Source: Prevotella sp. | Lineage (GTDB): Bacteria > Bacteroidota > Bacteroidia > Bacteroidales > Dysgonomonadaceae | NCBI GenBank assembly: GCA_031285625.1 | Contig: JAITVV010000071.1 | Location: 1 to 64,000 of the forward strand | DNA: 64,000 bases | Direction: 5' to 3' | In this document: positions 21,376-31,563 of the stretch, one piece after another | Layout: each line of letters begins with the position of its first letter | Numbering within the stretch: position 1 is the first letter of the stretch | Notes under the pieces: model-generated | What the model saw: only the letters and a program-made list of their open reading frames with translations | What the model was told of the DNA's origin: nothing | Database searches by the model: none | Made by a program: the position numbers and the translations under genes

Positions 21376-22299
21376 TTATTTTTTCTCCCTATCTCCTTTG
21401 ACAATTACCGATATTATCTCTGCATTGCTCTTTATAACACTTGAATTCAACAGACCGAGTAACCCTTCTAAATAGCTTTTGCTAAAAGCCCCAGAAATGA
21501 CCAGACTGCCTCCTTCAATTTTGTTCATTACAGTAGGAGCAGAAAGTACTCTCCCATCTGCAACAATAGCCAAAGAACGCCCTATATTTCTCTCTGTCAT
21601 CTGAGTAAACTTAGTAGCTCCAAGATCATTCAGTTTAAGATTTACAGATTCGTGTGAGTTATAGGAATTCTTTTCAATTCCACTGGATTTGTGAGTTGCA
21701 ATAAGGTCTATATTATGATCTGTCATCTTTACCATATATAAAAGATATCCGCTAACCATATCATCTTCGACATCCCAACTCCAACAAAACTTTATGTTAT
21801 GAGGAAATCCAAATATACTTCTTTTTGACGCTAAGAGGCTATCAATTAAATGTATGTCCTTATCTCTGACTCCCCCTAAGAATGCATTCCCTGAGAAAGA
21901 AGCGGGATGAAAAGAAGGGTCAATGTATTACTGCAACAAAGTATCTGATAATGTTCTCCTTACAGCATCCTCCACATCAGGAATCTTATATACCTCACAA
22001 ATGCTTAGCTGACCCTGAGAAACCAGTTGCTCTGCATCTACATCTGTTACTCCCGGTATTTCTATACGAAAGATGCCCGTTGTATCATTATAAGCAACTG
22101 TTGGTGTCGTAGCCCTTTTCTGATATTTAAGTCTGGAATTCAGTATTTCTAAGATCTGAGAAGGGGATTCCCCGCTCTGTTCCATGTCAGAGAATCTGCA
22201 TTCGATAATAGTACCTCCTATGTTATCTACAGTTTTAGGATGCATACTGCAGGAAACAGTACAAAGTAATGCAAAAAGTGTTAAGAAATAATATTTCAT
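21376..22299 (-). pseudogene. SecD/SecDF periplasmic (P1)-domain lipoprotein split by in-frame TAA at 21928-21930
   Basis: The two listed ORFs share a frame and the 56 codons between them are open; lipobox TVSC; IEIPGV and GATKFTQMTERNIGRSLAIVADGRVLSAPTV...GGSLVISG are SecD P1 motifs. Confidence 0.75.
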
Positions 22300-22301
22300 A
22301 G

Positions 22302-22661
22302 TTAGGCTTTATGTCTACTTCTCCTTCGGTCGTCGTAGGTTGATATCCCCAAAAATATACCACAGGCAGAAGCAATTAATATTACAGGCGCAAAGAATTT
22401 TATAGAATCAAGAGCATCTTTACCCCCTGAGAAATACACAATTAGCCCTGTAACAATAATTAGTATATACATAATACCAAATATAGTCATCATATTATTG
22501 ATAGCGGGACGTGTATTCGTTACCTTCTTACGGGCCAGGGCCTGTTCTGCTTCTATCTGATGCATGATCCTGAACCTCAGATTCTCTCCGGCCTTTATTT
22601 TTGTTCCGGACAATAGATCTTTAATCTTGTCATCTTGCATATCTATGTTGTTCTTATTCAT
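22302..22661 (-). CDS. Two-TM membrane protein, probable anti-sigma factor
   Basis: Directly downstream of ECF sigma; soluble N-terminus plus two TM helices. Confidence 0.6.
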   Translation of the reverse strand: MNKNNIDMQDDKIKDLLSGTKIKAGENLRFRIMHQIEAEQALARKKVTNTRPAINNMMTIFGIMYILIIVTGLIVYFSGGKDALDSIKFFAPVILIASACGIFLGISTYDDRRRSRHKA

Positions 22662-22688
22662 TTCAAAAATATATAAAAAATTTTATAC

Positions 22689-23243
22689 TCATATCGTTTC
22701 ATGTCTCATAAGAAGATTTACAGTATCGGCAAACCGCTTTCGGGCCCGATGCAGTTTCACTTTTATATTAACATCAGTCAGACCGGTAATTTGAGCTATT
22801 TCTTTCACCGAATTATCTTCGAGATAATATAATGTAAGTAATACGCCCTCATCCCCCGGCATTTTATCTAAGGCCTCATTAACTATAGCTTTACGCTCAT
22901 TTTCTTCAATTTGATCCATCGTATCAAAATCGGAATATGATGATGTATCCATCTGTTTATAATCCACAAATTCGGTATTATAAGTAGTAGCTCTTGTCTC
23001 CGTAATTGCAGTGTTATAAACAATCCTGTAAAACCAGGTAGAGAATTTACTATCCGATCTGAATGTATGTAAATTATGAAAAGCTTTAACAAAGGCATTC
23101 TGTACTATATCTTCCGCATCCTGCTTATTGCCGCAGACACGGAAAGCTATAGTGATAGCCATGTCTTGATATGTGTCCACAAAATACCCAAAGGCAGAAG
23201 TATCCCCCTTGAGTATTTTATGTATCAGTTGCTTTTCATCCAT
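22689..23243 (-). CDS. ECF RNA polymerase sigma factor
   Basis: DAEDIVQNAFVKAF, FSTWFYRIVYN (region 2); SVKEIAQITG..VKLHRARK (region 4). Confidence 0.93.
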   Translation of the reverse strand: MDEKQLIHKILKGDTSAFGYFVDTYQDMAITIAFRVCGNKQDAEDIVQNAFVKAFHNLHTFRSDSKFSTWFYRIVYNTAITETRATTYNTEFVDYKQMDTSSYSDFDTMDQIEENERKAIVNEALDKMPGDEGVLLTLYYLEDNSVKEIAQITGLTDVNIKVKLHRARKRFADTVNLLMRHETI

Positions 23244-23245
23244 CT

Positions 23246-23617
23246 TTATTCAGCGTCGTCAAATTCTTTTTTATCTTTTACTACCAGGTAAAACACCACA
23301 TAGGCCAAACCTAAGAATAGTAAAACACTACTACCGATTATAAGATATTGAAAATCTAAAGTAGCTGCTACATCCGGAGCAACTATGACTCCCAGCACAA
23401 GACCGATTGCAATACCAATACAAAGGAAGCCATTGCGCAACGATGTATATTTGCTAGGTGGTGTTTTACCCTCAGGAGGAGGGATAATACCTTGTTTAGC
23501 CAGCTCCATACGTACTTTTTTATCAGAAGACATTAATTTGAGAAGTACCAGACCTCCAAAAACAACAGGAAGGCCTACTGCACATAAAATTGCGATTATT
23601 GGAATTAATTCACCCAT
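23246..23617 (-). CDS. DUF6249-like membrane protein
   Basis: Three TM segments, SLRNG..IGIAIG; first gene of the ECF operon. Confidence 0.6.
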   Translation of the reverse strand: MGELIPIIAILCAVGLPVVFGGLVLLKLMSSDKKVRMELAKQGIIPPPEGKTPPSKYTSLRNGFLCIGIAIGLVLGVIVAPDVAATLDFQYLIIGSSVLLFLGLAYVVFYLVVKDKKEFDDAE

Positions 23618-23662
23618 AATATTCTTATTTTTTTATTGTTAATAATCTGTTTCCGTAAATAT

Positions 23663-23689
23663 GACTACATAAGATTTCATTCGGTTACA
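23663..23689 (-). promoter_or_regulatory. Candidate ECF-sigma autoregulatory promoter
   Basis: Minus strand TGTAAC-N17-AGTC about 45 nt upstream of the operon start; matches the AAC/(C)GT ECF pattern. Confidence 0.45.
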
Positions 23690-23886
23690 GATTTATTTAA
23701 ATATTTTTCAAAAAAATGTATTTAGTATAAAAAGTGACACACTCAATAAGATAAATATCGCATTGATTATAAACAATATACACACAAAAAGTAACAAAGG
23801 TGACACTTTTCAGTCTGTTTATAAATTGTTACTTTTTCTATTTAAATAACCTCAAATATAAGACAATATTATTTACTTAAGTCAAC

Positions 23887-24798
23887 CTAATTATCCGAGT
23901 CGCCAACAAGAGGGCTATTTAAAATCCTGAATTTTTTATTTGTGTTCCAGATATCAATCAACTTATCAAAATTTTTATCCGGATCTAATAATATTGTTGC
24001 TAATTGATCTATTTCCTGAAAATCAGCTTCTGAAAGGTTCTCAAATTTCCCATCAATATAGCAAGGCTGGAATTTATAAGAGATTTCATTATTCATCAAT
24101 GCATGAAAATCATAGAATATAGCTCTGATTATGGCTTTTAAAGAATTAGTTCCAAGACCGTCTGAATATATGTACCTTATACCATCAACCCTATTTGCCC
24201 TTACATCTAACCAGGCTTTAGCCGCCCAATCGAACTGGTGTTCAGGTATATCAAACTGATTAAATCCGAGAGAAATTTCCTCAAAGAAACCATCAGCATC
24301 AAATGTTACCCATCTTTTATCTTTTTCATTCCAGTACTGATTAATCCAATGATCACCACTCTCATTTTCACTAAAATAAGGTGCAAATCCGGCCCTCGAA
24401 CGGCATGGGATTCCTTTTGCCTTTAATATTGCAGACATTAATACAGAAACATATCTGCATGTCACTACAATTTTATTCTGAACTTCCCTCTCTAAATGAA
24501 ATCCTTTATTATCCAATCTGAATAGTTCAGCTGTCATTGCTACTGCAGATAATAATATATCATCTTCGCAACGTAATCTATGCCATGGAAACTTATTCAT
24601 GTCTCCATAAATTAAGTGTGCATTCGCATTAGTATTACCTTCAGCCAAGGTTGCCCGGTGAATTACCTGCGAGCAAATCAACTGACTTAATTCCTCTATC
24701 GTATCCGGCAAACTCTTATAATAATTTTTATACGCTCCTGCATATGTGTATGTACCAGTAGATTTATAGTGTTTTAGAATATTTTCTTGCATTATCAT
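23887..24798 (-). CDS. Transglutaminase-like protein
   Basis: VTCRY (Cys), RAGFAPYF, DHW (His), FDAD (Asp); ATGA overlap with the uvrB stop. Confidence 0.75.
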   Translation of the reverse strand: MIMQENILKHYKSTGTYTYAGAYKNYYKSLPDTIEELSQLICSQVIHRATLAEGNTNANAHLIYGDMNKFPWHRLRCEDDILLSAVAMTAELFRLDNKGFHLEREVQNKIVVTCRYVSVLMSAILKAKGIPCRSRAGFAPYFSENESGDHWINQYWNEKDKRWVTFDADGFFEEISLGFNQFDIPEHQFDWAAKAWLDVRANRVDGIRYIYSDGLGTNSLKAIIRAIFYDFHALMNNEISYKFQPCYIDGKFENLSEADFQEIDQLATILLDPDKNFDKLIDIWNTNKKFRILNSPLVGDSDN

Positions 24799-26810
24799 TT
24801 TCCTTTCAGCTCATCCTCAAGCCGGATTATCTGATCACGATATTGAGCAGCTTCCAAAAACTCCAGTTTCTTTGCAGCAGCAGCCATGTGTTTCTTCGCC
24901 TTAGCTATTGCTTTCTTCAATTCGTCTTTGCTCATATATTCTATCTGATCCTCTGACGCAATAGCTAATGAAGTATTCTGATCATAGCCCTTCGCAATGG
25001 TTATATCCTCTTCTTTTCGCTGACTGAATACGGAAGTACGGGCCTTCTGTATCTGTTGTGGAGTAATACCATTCTCCTCGTTGTATGCCATCTGTTTTTC
25101 ACGCCGCCGATTTGTCTCATTGATTGTTTTTTCCATGCTTTCAGTTATTCTATCTGCATAGAAAATAACTTTTCCATTGACATTACGTGCTGCACGGCCT
25201 ACTGTTTGCGTTAAAGAACGGTGCGAGCGAAGAAAACCTTCTTTATCCGCATCTAATATAGCAACAAGCGAAACTTCCGGAAGATCAAGCCCTTCGCGAA
25301 GGAGATTAACCCCTACCAGCACATCAAAGGTCCCCGTTCGCAGGTCATCCATTATCTGCACACGGTCAAGCGTATCCACATCGGAGTGAATATAGCTGCA
25401 ATTAATACCATTATTAGCTAAAAAGTTAGTCAACTCCTCAGCCATACGTTTAGTTAATGTTGTCACCAAGGTACGTTCATTCGCCTCAACCCTCATCTGT
25501 ATTTCCTCCATGAGGTCATCAATCTGATTCAGACTGGGACGAACATCAATAGGGGGATCAAGTAATCCTGTAGGACGTATCAACTGCTCCACAACAATCC
25601 CTTCCGACTTAATCAACTCATAATCAGCAGGAGTGGCGCTTACATATATAGTCTGAGGGACCAGTGACTCGAACTCCTCAAACTTCAATGGCCTGTTGTC
25701 TAAGGCTGCCGGAAGTCGAAATCCATATTCCACCAGGTTTTCTTTCCGGGAATGGTCTCCTCCATACATTGCACGTATCTGAGGAATGGTTACATGGCTT
25801 TCATCTATCACCATCAAAAAATCATCGGGGAAGAAATCTAAAAGGCAAAACGGACGGGTTCCCGGTTTCCTGTTATCAAAATAGCGCGAATAGTTCTCTA
25901 TACCTGAGCAATGCCCTACTTCGCGAATCATTTCCAGATCGTAAGTAACTCGTTCATAGAGCCTTTTAGCCTCCAAAGGTTTTCCTATAGACTGAAAAAA
26001 GTCAACCTGGCGTCCTAAGTCGATATCAATCTCGCTAATCGCCCTAACCATGCGGTCTTTGGTGGTCACAAACAAATTTGCCGGATAGATACGAAAATCA
26101 TCATATTGATTCAGTTTCATTCCACTAAGCGGATCAAGGCATTCTATACTTTCTATTTCGTCTCCCCAAAAGACAACACGCACTATAGGATCGCCATATG
26201 CAAGGAAAACGTCCACTGTATCACCTTTTACCCTAAAGTTTCCGGCTTTGGGATCAACCTCATTACGTGAATACAACGCACTGACTAATGACCTTAGGAA
26301 TACATCACGAACAATACGCTGACCTACATGTAAGCTAATTGTCGAGTTTTCAAAGTCTTCCGGGTTTCCCATTCCATACAGGCATGATACGGAAGACACC
26401 ACAATCACATCGCGACGACCCGATAAAAGAGAAGTCGTAGTAGCCAGTCGCAGCTTTTCTATCTCATCATTGATCGATAAGTCCTTTTCAATGTATGTAT
26501 TTGTAGAGGGAATATACGCTTCGGGTTGATAATAGTCGTAATATGAAACAAAATATTCAACGGCATTATCTGGGAAGAATGTTTTAAACTCGCTATATAG
26601 TTGTGCTGCCAATGTCTTATTATGGCTCAGCACCAATGTCGGTTTTTTTACATTCTGAATGACATTTGCCACTGTAAATGTTTTACCGGACCCTGTCACC
26701 CCTAGCAAAGTTTGTGAAGGTATATCCTGAAGTATCCCCTCGGACAGAGCAGCTATTGCTGCCGGCTGATCTCCTGTAGGGCTGTAATTTGAAGTTAATT
26801 TGAAATCCAT
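24795..26810 (-). CDS. uvrB: Excinuclease ABC subunit B
   Basis: PTGDQP, GVTGSGKT, YYDYYQPEAY, DESH, GRAARN, C-terminal UVR motif. Confidence 0.98.
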   Translation of the reverse strand: MDFKLTSNYSPTGDQPAAIAALSEGILQDIPSQTLLGVTGSGKTFTVANVIQNVKKPTLVLSHNKTLAAQLYSEFKTFFPDNAVEYFVSYYDYYQPEAYIPSTNTYIEKDLSINDEIEKLRLATTTSLLSGRRDVIVVSSVSCLYGMGNPEDFENSTISLHVGQRIVRDVFLRSLVSALYSRNEVDPKAGNFRVKGDTVDVFLAYGDPIVRVVFWGDEIESIECLDPLSGMKLNQYDDFRIYPANLFVTTKDRMVRAISEIDIDLGRQVDFFQSIGKPLEAKRLYERVTYDLEMIREVGHCSGIENYSRYFDNRKPGTRPFCLLDFFPDDFLMVIDESHVTIPQIRAMYGGDHSRKENLVEYGFRLPAALDNRPLKFEEFESLVPQTIYVSATPADYELIKSEGIVVEQLIRPTGLLDPPIDVRPSLNQIDDLMEEIQMRVEANERTLVTTLTKRMAEELTNFLANNGINCSYIHSDVDTLDRVQIMDDLRTGTFDVLVGVNLLREGLDLPEVSLVAILDADKEGFLRSHRSLTQTVGRAARNVNGKVIFYADRITESMEKTINETNRRREKQMAYNEENGITPQQIQKARTSVFSQRKEEDITIAKGYDQNTSLAIASEDQIEYMSKDELKKAIAKAKKHMAAAAKKLEFLEAAQYRDQIIRLEDELKGK

Positions 26811-26945
26811 TGTATGTTTTTTCCTTTCGCAAATCAAAGATAATAAGAAATTTGCACTTTTATTTTTTTATTACTCCTATTAACTACATATGTGAAAAAT
26901 GATTTCCGATTAAAAAATGTATTTTTGCATTACGAACCGAATATC

Positions 26946-27683
26946 ATGAGTATGAAGAAAATCGTTCTATTTATTTATGAGCTGTTTATTTTCGCTCCAA
27001 TTTTTGTTTTAGCGACTATTATCACGGCTGTTACCGTTATGATAGGCTGCCTCTTCGGCAATCGCAAATTCTGGGGGTATTATCCTCCCAAATATTGGTC
27101 TAAATTGTCATGCAGGCTTGCATTATGTCGTATAAAGGTAGTACGTCACAGCAAGTTGGACCCAAACAAATCATATGTATTCGTTCCAAACCATCAGGGC
27201 GCATTTGATATATTCCTTATCTACGGATACCTGAACCAAAATATAAAATGGGTACAGAAGCAGGAGTTGCGTAAGTTACCCTTTGTAGGAAAAGCTTCCG
27301 AGATAGCCGGACATGTATTTGTAGATCAGTCAAATCTAAAATCGATGAAAGATACAATAGTCAAGGCGGAAGCACAATTGGGAAAAGGTTCATCTATGGT
27401 CATTTTCCCTGAGGGGGCCAGAACCAAAACAGGTAAAATGGGACGATTTAAGAGAGGTGCTTTTGTTATAGCCAAAGAAATGAATCTCGAAATAGTGCCC
27501 GTAACAGTAAATGGCCCATTCGATCTGATGAAAATAAATACATATCTTATCAATCCGTGTAAACTGGAACTAATTGTACACGAGCCCATATCTACAAAAG
27601 ACCTGAATGACGATAATATGCCTGAATTTATAAATAATTGCAGGGAAATTGTATATTCGGGACTCTGGGAAAAATATAAATAA
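26946..27683 (+). CDS. 1-acyl-sn-glycerol-3-phosphate acyltransferase (PlsC family)
   Basis: NHQGAFD (HxxxxD), FPEGART. Confidence 0.9.
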   Translation: MSMKKIVLFIYELFIFAPIFVLATIITAVTVMIGCLFGNRKFWGYYPPKYWSKLSCRLALCRIKVVRHSKLDPNKSYVFVPNHQGAFDIFLIYGYLNQNIKWVQKQELRKLPFVGKASEIAGHVFVDQSNLKSMKDTIVKAEAQLGKGSSMVIFPEGARTKTGKMGRFKRGAFVIAKEMNLEIVPVTVNGPFDLMKINTYLINPCKLELIVHEPISTKDLNDDNMPEFINNCREIVYSGLWEKYK

Positions 27684-27713
27684 CACAACTACATCTTATA
27701 AACTTTACAACAA

Positions 27714-28301
27714 ATGGAAAATGAATTTAGCTATTACATTATCGAACCTAATATAACAGAGCGTACACCCTTATTGATGAACAAAAGCGGAATGAATCCT
27801 GAAGGCATAAATTTTTTATATTATGATAGAATGGTCTCAGACGACTATATAGCGTATTTACAATTTTTGATGCCATTAAAAAATCCGGATATGGATACTG
27901 ACTATTTAGTCTTAGAAGGAAATGGCGTTTTTTCTGGAAAGATAAAGAATGCATTAATAAAACATATGCCTATTAGGAGTTTGCAACTTGTAGAAGCTGT
28001 TATTAATGAAAACAATGCAGAATATAAAGATTTTTGGATAGCCAATATTTATAATAGTTTTTCATTATTTGATGAAGAGTTGAGTGAGTATGATGATATA
28101 GATGACGAAATGTGGTTTGGAATTGAGAAAATCGTATTGAGTAAAGAACGTTTAACAAAGATACCTTTGGAAGAGCGACTGGTATTTGAAGCAGCTGAAG
28201 ATTGTGCTTTTACTCTATATCATGAATCGATAGTAGATATTATTAAATCCGTTGACCCCAAAGGGATGCATTTCATTCCTGTAGAAGAATGGAGAGGTTA
28301 A
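27714..28301 (+). CDS. Imm11/DUF1629-like immunity-family protein
   Basis: Acidic; ending 'IVL....IPLEERLVF...HESIVD...GMHFIPVEEW' recalls Imm11-family proteins; recognition by recall only. Confidence 0.55.
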   Translation: MENEFSYYIIEPNITERTPLLMNKSGMNPEGINFLYYDRMVSDDYIAYLQFLMPLKNPDMDTDYLVLEGNGVFSGKIKNALIKHMPIRSLQLVEAVINENNAEYKDFWIANIYNSFSLFDEELSEYDDIDDEMWFGIEKIVLSKERLTKIPLEERLVFEAAEDCAFTLYHESIVDIIKSVDPKGMHFIPVEEWRG

Positions 28302-28412
28302 TTGAGCTATAATAAATGTTAGAAAAATTACTCACATTCAACATACTGATTACATAATAATTGAATAACGCTCATTTTTTGTACTTTTGCGTTTTACCTA
28401 ACAATATTAAGC

Positions 28413-30152
28413 ATGAAATTAAGAAATATATTTCTACTATCACTTTTACTCACAATAGGTTTTACCGGACTATCGCATGCACATTCGGTAGCAATAGCTG
28501 TTACGGCTTCAACTAACGATGACATTATCACACACACGGTAGCCAAAGGAGAAACAGTATACTCTATTGCTGCCGCATACCATACCACTGTAAACCAGAT
28601 ATATAAATTAAACCCTAAAGCTGAGCAAGGCATCCGGTCAGGAGATAAATTACTGATACTGAAAGTAAAGACAGTTACAGGATACAGTAACCATACTATA
28701 GATGCAAAAGAAACCTTATACTCTGTTTCGCGGATGTATAAGATTTCAGAGAGCGACCTCAAAGATGCCAATCCCGGACTAAGTGAAAATACATTCAACA
28801 TAGGAAGGACTATCAAGATTCCTGTTTATAATGGGATGGCTGCTACAGTATCTGCAAATACAAGATCTGCCGAATATAAAGTAAAGAAAGGCGAGACTCT
28901 ATATAGTATAGGGAAAGCTAATAATGTATCGGTAGAGGCCTTGATGAATGCTAACCCTGTAGTAAGAGAGAGCGGATTAAGAGAAGGCATGTCTTTGATT
29001 ATACCCGGCAACATTCAGGCAAATACATCAAACATAGCAACTATACAAAACATCGACAGGACAGAAACCACCCCATATGCAACCAAAGGAGAAACTGTGA
29101 GAGTAGGGATTCTACTACCTTTTACCGACAATGGAGGCAGTATACAGAAAGACAAATTGGCAGAATACTACGAAGGATTTTTGTTAGCTGTAAAAGATTT
29201 AAAAAACAAAGGACTAAATGCTGAAATATACACTTTTGATACAGGACCTGAAAAAAACACCAAAAGGATAGAAAGCCTTATGGAAACAAATGAAATGAAA
29301 GGGCTTCACCTCATTATCGGAGGCGTTTCCAAGCAGCAGATAGATATCCTTACCAAATTCTCGAAAAAAACAGGAATCAAATATGTAGTTCCTTTTGGAA
29401 CACCTTCTGAAATAAATTCCGATCCTTTATTATTCCAGATGACAACATCTCATTCCAGTCTTTATCCTGAGGCTATTTCTGCATTTGCGAAAAGATTTGG
29501 TAATTACAATATCGTGTTTGTATCAGAATCCGGATCGAATAATGATAAAACAGACTTTACCAATGAATTGAAAAAAAGGCTGACTAAAGAAAATATCAAG
29601 TTCAAAAATTTATCGGGAGGAAGCGATCTTACAGAAAGTATGAAAGGTGTGCTAAGTTCATCCGGAAAAAATATATTAATACCAACATCTTCTTCTGAAG
29701 CGACATTAAGACGGATTACAAGCGCAGCCAATCTCATAACGGACAGTTCGATCACCCTGTTTGGTTACCCTGAATGGCAGACATATTCAAACCAGCTTGC
29801 AAATCTGCACAAATTTAATGCATATATTTACAGCATCTTCTTTTTAGATGAACAGCAGAATGCCGTGCAGGACTTCTCTAAACAGTTCAAGCAATGGTAT
29901 AATAAGAACATGATTAATTCGTTCCCTAAATGGGGATATCTTGGCTACGATACGGGATTATACTTCCTTACAGCACTCAGACAAAATGGAAGTAGCTTTG
30001 AGAACAATATATCAAGAATAAAAGTGCCAACCCTGCAATCTTCTATATACTTTGTGCAGACAGGTACAAACGGAGGATATATTAATAATGGACTATATTT
30101 TATCCAATATAAAGATAATTCCAGCATTGAAAAAATTGATATCATTAACTAA
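28413..30152 (+). CDS. Multi-LysM plus periplasmic-binding-protein type 1 domain protein
   Basis: Three LysM repeats (HTVAKGETVYSIA, HTIDAKETLYSVS, YKVKKGETLYSIG), VGILLPF, LGYDTG. Confidence 0.85.
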   Translation: MKLRNIFLLSLLLTIGFTGLSHAHSVAIAVTASTNDDIITHTVAKGETVYSIAAAYHTTVNQIYKLNPKAEQGIRSGDKLLILKVKTVTGYSNHTIDAKETLYSVSRMYKISESDLKDANPGLSENTFNIGRTIKIPVYNGMAATVSANTRSAEYKVKKGETLYSIGKANNVSVEALMNANPVVRESGLREGMSLIIPGNIQANTSNIATIQNIDRTETTPYATKGETVRVGILLPFTDNGGSIQKDKLAEYYEGFLLAVKDLKNKGLNAEIYTFDTGPEKNTKRIESLMETNEMKGLHLIIGGVSKQQIDILTKFSKKTGIKYVVPFGTPSEINSDPLLFQMTTSHSSLYPEAISAFAKRFGNYNIVFVSESGSNNDKTDFTNELKKRLTKENIKFKNLSGGSDLTESMKGVLSSSGKNILIPTSSSEATLRRITSAANLITDSSITLFGYPEWQTYSNQLANLHKFNAYIYSIFFLDEQQNAVQDFSKQFKQWYNKNMINSFPKWGYLGYDTGLYFLTALRQNGSSFENNISRIKVPTLQSSIYFVQTGTNGGYINNGLYFIQYKDNSSIEKIDIIN

Positions 30153-30839
30153 ATGGTAAAGAAATATATATTGATGTGCCTATACCTTTCTTTTGCTTTG
30201 CTTACATATGCACAGAAGAAAGAATTCAAGCCGGAATGGAATGTCGGTGTAGGCTTTGGCCCTACCTTCTCCGCCGTTGATTTTGAGCCACGGGTAAGTA
30301 CAAAAAACCGTATGCAATACCATGGAGGTATAGCCATTCGCTACTTATCAGAAAAAAATCTGGGAGTCATTGCCGAGTTGAATTACAGCCAGCAGGGATG
30401 GGAACAGAGCTTTAAGAATGATAATGAAAAAGAGTTTCAGCATTCACATCAATTAAATTATATAGAATTACCTATCCTTACCCATATATACTTTGGAAAC
30501 AAGGTGAGGTTTGTCTTTAATCTAGGCCCTAAGATCGGGTATCTGGTGAGCGACAGTGAAAAGATGAACGATCCCTTAGCCGAATTCCTTGCTAGCGGAA
30601 ATGCGAGTAGTGACTTCGTTACACAGCAGTATTACCGTCTGGCTGATAAGAAAATAGACTATGGGCTCATGGCGGGGCTAGGACTCGAATTCCGTACGGG
30701 AATCGGCAGCTTCACGCTCGAAGGAAGATACACTTTTGGGCTGGGAGATATTTATAAAAGTAGTAAGGCTGATTATTTTTCACGATCAGCAAACAGAGTC
30801 ATATCTGCAAAGTTAACCTATTACGTCAAGTTGTTCTGA
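30153..30839 (+). CDS. PorT-like outer-membrane beta-barrel (OMP_b-brl_2)
   Basis: Signal peptide; ELNYSQQGW, NYIELP, EGRYTFGL; terminal Phe. Confidence 0.75.
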   Translation: MVKKYILMCLYLSFALLTYAQKKEFKPEWNVGVGFGPTFSAVDFEPRVSTKNRMQYHGGIAIRYLSEKNLGVIAELNYSQQGWEQSFKNDNEKEFQHSHQLNYIELPILTHIYFGNKVRFVFNLGPKIGYLVSDSEKMNDPLAEFLASGNASSDFVTQQYYRLADKKIDYGLMAGLGLEFRTGIGSFTLEGRYTFGLGDIYKSSKADYFSRSANRVISAKLTYYVKLF

Positions 30840-30840
30840 T

Positions 30841-31521
30841 ATGCCACGCATATACAAACTTTCTCGAACCGGATTAAAAATACTATATAAAATACGCCAC
30901 CACAAAGGACATGGTATACACTCTCCTTTTGTATTCAATCTGGTAACCAAGGTTATTGAGGAGAAAACCCCGTTTCATGTATATGAAGATATAAATACAC
31001 TCCTCGATCCTTATAAATCTTTACATTTAAAAAAATATAACCATCTTTCGCTTCGCCTGGTGAATTATTTTAAGGCACGCCGCATCTTAGAGATCGGATC
31101 CGGATATGGAGCTAATACTTTATGTTTGACAGCTCCTTCCAGCAGTATTATCTGTACATGCATAGAAACCGAAAAAAAGAAATATTCGCTGGCACAGGAA
31201 TTATATAAAGATTGGAATAGAGATATAACACTTTATACTGATAAGCAACTCCCGGTATTGAAAGAAAAACAAGATTGCATTTTTATAGATCTGAATAATT
31301 TTAATTACTTATCTTTAGATATTTGCAAATATCTATCTGACATTTCCCATGAAAAATCTTTTATAATTATAAGAGGAATAAGAACAAATAGACGCAATCA
31401 GATGTTATGGAGAGGTATTATTGATATCGAGTCCAGAACAGCTGTCCTGGACATGTTTAATATCGGTATTATATTTTTTGATAAAAAGCTGTACAGGTGG
31501 AATTATCAGATAAGTTTTTAG
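30841..31521 (+). CDS. SAM-dependent methyltransferase-like protein
   Basis: GHGIHSPFVF N-terminus; ILEIGSGYG motif I. Confidence 0.6.
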   Translation: MPRIYKLSRTGLKILYKIRHHKGHGIHSPFVFNLVTKVIEEKTPFHVYEDINTLLDPYKSLHLKKYNHLSLRLVNYFKARRILEIGSGYGANTLCLTAPSSSIICTCIETEKKKYSLAQELYKDWNRDITLYTDKQLPVLKEKQDCIFIDLNNFNYLSLDICKYLSDISHEKSFIIIRGIRTNRRNQMLWRGIIDIESRTAVLDMFNIGIIFFDKKLYRWNYQISF

Positions 31522-31563
31522 AATTACAGGCCTAAATTTTTACAAGCACTTAAATAAGAATAG

